From Vicugna vicugna (taxonomy: Eukaryota): a stretch of DNA of 64,000 bases. The position numbers and the translations under genes are program-made. Numbering within the stretch: position 1 is the stretch's first letter; every line of letters starts with the position of its first letter. The stretch spans positions 209,696 through 273,695 of the forward strand of contig MU058540.1 of the NCBI GenBank assembly GCA_013265495.1. Direction: 5' to 3'. Positions 60,341 through 64,000 of this stretch are shown one piece after another. The notes under the pieces were generated by a model, which was not told where the DNA came from, ran no database searches, and saw only the letters and a list, made by a program, of their open reading frames with translations.

Positions 60341-61524
60341 CCGAGGCCACCCGTACTCTTAGCGCTGAATATACCAGCGGCTGGTGCAACTAAGGGGCTG
60401 AAATTTCCATTTAATTCTAAATTAGTTAAATTTAAAGTATTGAATGTGACTGGTGGCTACCATATTGGACGGGCAGAACAAAGTTTACAATCTTTTTATA
60501 AAAAACTGTAGGCCCTCTCTTAGCAGCTTTTAATGGAGGTAGACCCATCTGTAGGATAAGCTGGTAGGGAATCGAAAAATGAAAAAGAATTTGAGAAGCC
60601 AGTGAAGATAGAAGATAAGTCTTGTCTAGTCATGGATCATTAAATCTGGGGATAGCAGAATATCAAAAACAAAATAGGCCCACCAGCAACTTAATAAAAT
60701 TACAAGAGAGGTTTAAAAAGTATCAAAAATCATCCAGTTCTAGCAGATACAGAAGCTACAGCCATAGCAATAATCTTGGCAAACTCTCAAAGCCAGTTTG
60801 AAAGGGCTGGGAATCACTAAAACAAAACTTGAAGAACACATTTCTCTTAGTACATACAGAAAGGGGGCACCTCAACACACCTACACTGGTTCACCCTCTG
60901 AGTTTAAAGAGCTTTGCCCTAAAGATCACGTCAGATCTTCTCATCGGACAGCACAAATAGCTCCAGTGTCCTTCCCTCCAGATCTGTTACAGTATTCAAT
61001 CTGTCTGGAAACACTATGCTGTATTAAAATACTTTGGGTGCAGGACAATGTGGCAGAATTCTAGGAACTTTGGGATACAGGCTCAACGGCAACTTTTAAT
61101 TAGGGAACTTAATCTATTAAGAGGGCTCTTTGACTACTGGTGCTTTCAGAGGAGAAAGTACCTAAGGGAATAGGTTGTGATAACATTAAACGAGATTACG
61201 GAAAAACAAAAATGTTTCTATGGTGATTTCACCTGCCCCCTGGGTATGTTACTTGAATTTACTACTGCAATTCTGGGAAATGGAAACGCTCCCACTTTGA
61301 ACCTTGGGATTCTACTTCCCCACCAAAAAATATAAGTATGAAACAGTGCCAAGTTTCTAGTAGAGTATGTAAAATAACAATTATGATAAAAATCGTTGGA
61401 GAAACGTGAGATAATCCATCTCACCAACAGAACTCTTTAACAACTCATTTTGGCCAGTAAAACGGTAGGTGAATCTCGGAGGTTAATTGTGAATTATAGT
61501 AGTATTAAGAATAACAGCTAATTC

Positions 61525-61687
61525 TTTTTTTTAGAGAGATTTAAAAAAATTTTGTGTGTGAGGGGGGAGGAAGGTAATTACATTTATTTGTTTATTTACT
61601 TTGCTTTTAGAGGAGATACTGGGGATTGAACCCAGGACCTCATACATGCCAAGCATGCACTCTATCACTTTGAGCTATACCCTCCCG
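61525..61687 (-). mobile_element. Vic-1-type SINE
   Basis: Reverse tRNA-like head, TSD gctaattctt. Confidence 0.85.
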
Positions 61688-61699
61688 CTAATTCTTAAT

Positions 61700-62150
61700 A
61701 TTACTCAGCCATAGAAAAGAGTGAAATATTGCCATCTGCAGAACATGGATGGATCCAGAGAATATTATACTTAGTGAAGTAAGTCAGACAGAGAAAGACC
61801 AATACTATATGATATCACTTATATGAGGAATCTGGAAAATAATACAAATGAATCTATATGGAAAACAGAAACAGACTCACAGACATAAAAAACAAACATA
61901 TGGTTGACAAAGGAGGGAGGAAGGAGGGAAGGACAAATTAGGAGTATGGAATTAAACAGAAACAAACCATTATACATAAAAAAGGTAAGCAACAAGGATT
62001 TACTGTATAGCACAGAGAATTATATTCAATATCTTATAATAACCTACAATGGAATATAACCTGAAAAAATATATAACTGAATCACTTTGCTATACACCTG
62101 AAACTAACACATATTGTAAATCAACTATACTTCAATAGAATTGTTTAAAA
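61700..62150 (+). mobile_element. 5'-truncated L1 3' end
   Basis: tattactcagccatagaaaagagtgaaat ... caactatacttcaat. Confidence 0.85.
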
Positions 62151-62994
62151 AGAATAGTAGCTAATTCTTAAATAGTACTTACTAGATGCCAGCGACTGTT
62201 CTAAGAATTTATATATACTTAACTCATCTGATTATTAAAAAAATAAAATGTGGTTAGCACTGTACCTGATATCATTTCCTCAGTAAAAGATCTTTCTAAA
62301 TCAGTCCTTGATTAGCATGTTTGCATCCATCTGACTGATGCATTCTTTTCAATACTAATAAACTATGTCACCACCTGCTTGCTTTCACTGGCTACCCCAA
62401 TATTTATTATACTACCACAGTAAATTCTTCCATCCAAGGGCATAATCCAATAAAACAGAATTTAAACAGATGACCTAAATCCAATTCACATATTAAAATT
62501 GTTTATTACACTAATGACATGTTAATCAGGAGTGATTTGAAAACAATTATGCCTATGAGGAACTTTATGGGGGTGGTAGAAATAGCCTTTATCTTGATTG
62601 TGGTAGTGATTACACAATGAATATATTTGTCACAATTCAGAACAGTACAGCTAAGAAGGATGAATTTTTTTGCGTCTAAATCATATCTCAGCAAACCTGA
62701 TATTTAAAAAAGCAACTGCACCCAAAAACTCTGTCTTCCCTTATTGATTTTATGATTAAAAAGGAATGAACCATAAAGTCATAATTTCAGTAAATTTGGG
62801 GGGAGAAAAATTCTGCCCAAGATCCAGCAAAAAGCCATTGCCCTTGAAACTCCCTCCCCAAAACAAGAACAGAAGTTAATTGGCATGTTTGCATTCTGAA
62901 AACAGCACATCCCACATTATATTAAACTCGGATCTCTCCATCAGATTACTGAAAATGGAGCCAAATTCATATGGATCCTTAAACAGCAAGATGC

Positions 62995-63210
62995 CTTAGA
63001 GCTGTGCTGTCTGATATGGTAGCCACGAGCTACATGTGGCTGTTTAGATATATTAAAATTCAATACAATTTAAAATAAAGTTCTTTAGGTGCGCTAACCA
63101 CATTTCAAGTGCTTGAGAGCCACACGTGGCTGGTTGCTGCCATACTGGATTGCACAGATGTAGAATATTTCCATCATCACAGAAAATTCTATTGGCCAGC
63201 ACTGCTCTAG
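62995..63210. mobile_element. MER3-like DNA transposon relic
   Basis: gctgtctgatatggtagccac ... agaaaattctattggccagcactgctctag. Confidence 0.7.
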
Positions 63211-64000
63211 GGGCCAAATAGGTATACAGACCACTAGGTGTCGAGGGTTTGAGTATTAAATATGTAACTGTGTGTCTCTGAAAATTCAACTGGCCGGCAT
63301 TTCTAATTAAAATCATCTTGAAATGATACATATTGTAGGTATTCTACTGATACTCCAGCAAGGGCAATGACCTTCTCAGACACCCAGAGGCAGGCATAGC
63401 AATGGAGGTAACTCACAGTGGCATCACACAGGAACGTGTGCTGCTGTGACATAGACACAGGCTCTGGGGGCCTGTAACAGTCTGCAGAAACTTCAAGAAA
63501 CCTCGAGCGGGAGGTCTGCCAGCCAAACAGAATAGCCTATTTGCTTTTAAATTTCTGCTGAGTGCTTTGCCTAGAGCTGTTGGTTTTTAGGCCACCACTA
63601 GTGGGTAGATTCTATTGGAACCCCCTCCTATCAGAGCAAAAATATAAACCATTGATTTTTATAGAAACTATGAGACTGCTTTATTGGTAAAAGCAGCCAC
63701 TGCAGAATTCCCCTCATTTCTGGATCTTTCTCAAGAAGTTGTTTAAAGACACAGCATGCAGAGACTTGTTCCCCAATATCCATACTCCCACAACTCCTTA
63801 ATAGAACTTTCCATTTGATTTGGGCACGCAGACTTCCAGAACAAGTACTGGTTTCCCATCGTCCTTTCCAGTTACGTGTGATCCCCAGCCATAGAAAGCT
63901 GGTTCTCAGGGAAACTGTGGACCCCAGAGCTGAGCCAAGCACATTGGCTCTCCAGGAATCTGAACAGCAGAGCCCAGAGACGTGGAGACTGTGCACGGAG

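Larger units (their letters stand above)
60700..63560 (+). mobile_element. Highly decayed ERVL-like pro-pol internal region with nested insertions
   Basis: Collinear relic motifs: protease DTGS (61074-61085); RT WPVK (61451) and RRLIVNY (61477); IHLTDAFFSI (62325); LPQ (62412); YYTNDMLI (62504, decayed YxDD). Confidence 0.7.

Noticed and set aside
63631..63996. 121-aa ORF on - at the window edge
   Set aside because: Non-ATG start and no recognisable homology. It could be a pseudogene fragment but cannot be supported without a search.

Overview
Mammalian genomic DNA from the MHC class II region. The species is very probably a camelid, because about 11 copies of a tRNA-Ala-derived Vic-1-type SINE are present. 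Gene order matches human: (1) an intact BRD2 gene (+ strand, 12 coding exons, 801 aa) behind a large CpG island, with a 92-nt frameshifting poison exon; (2) an intact DOA gene (- strand, 250 aa); (3) a head-to-head DPA/DPB pair. All DP exons are recognisable but both genes are disabled: DPA by a 1-nt frameshift that replaces the transmembrane helix with a Trp-rich tail, and DPB by two nonsense codons, a GC donor and a lost stop. The rest is repeats, including a decayed ERVL-like pro-pol fossil at about 60.7-63.6 kb. Most notable are the nearly intact DP pair in an artiodactyl and a paralog of DPB intron 1 lying upstream of and opposite to DOA, possibly the remnant of a lost beta-chain partner of DOA. 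Exon coordinates were read by hand; repeat family names are by recognition, not database search.
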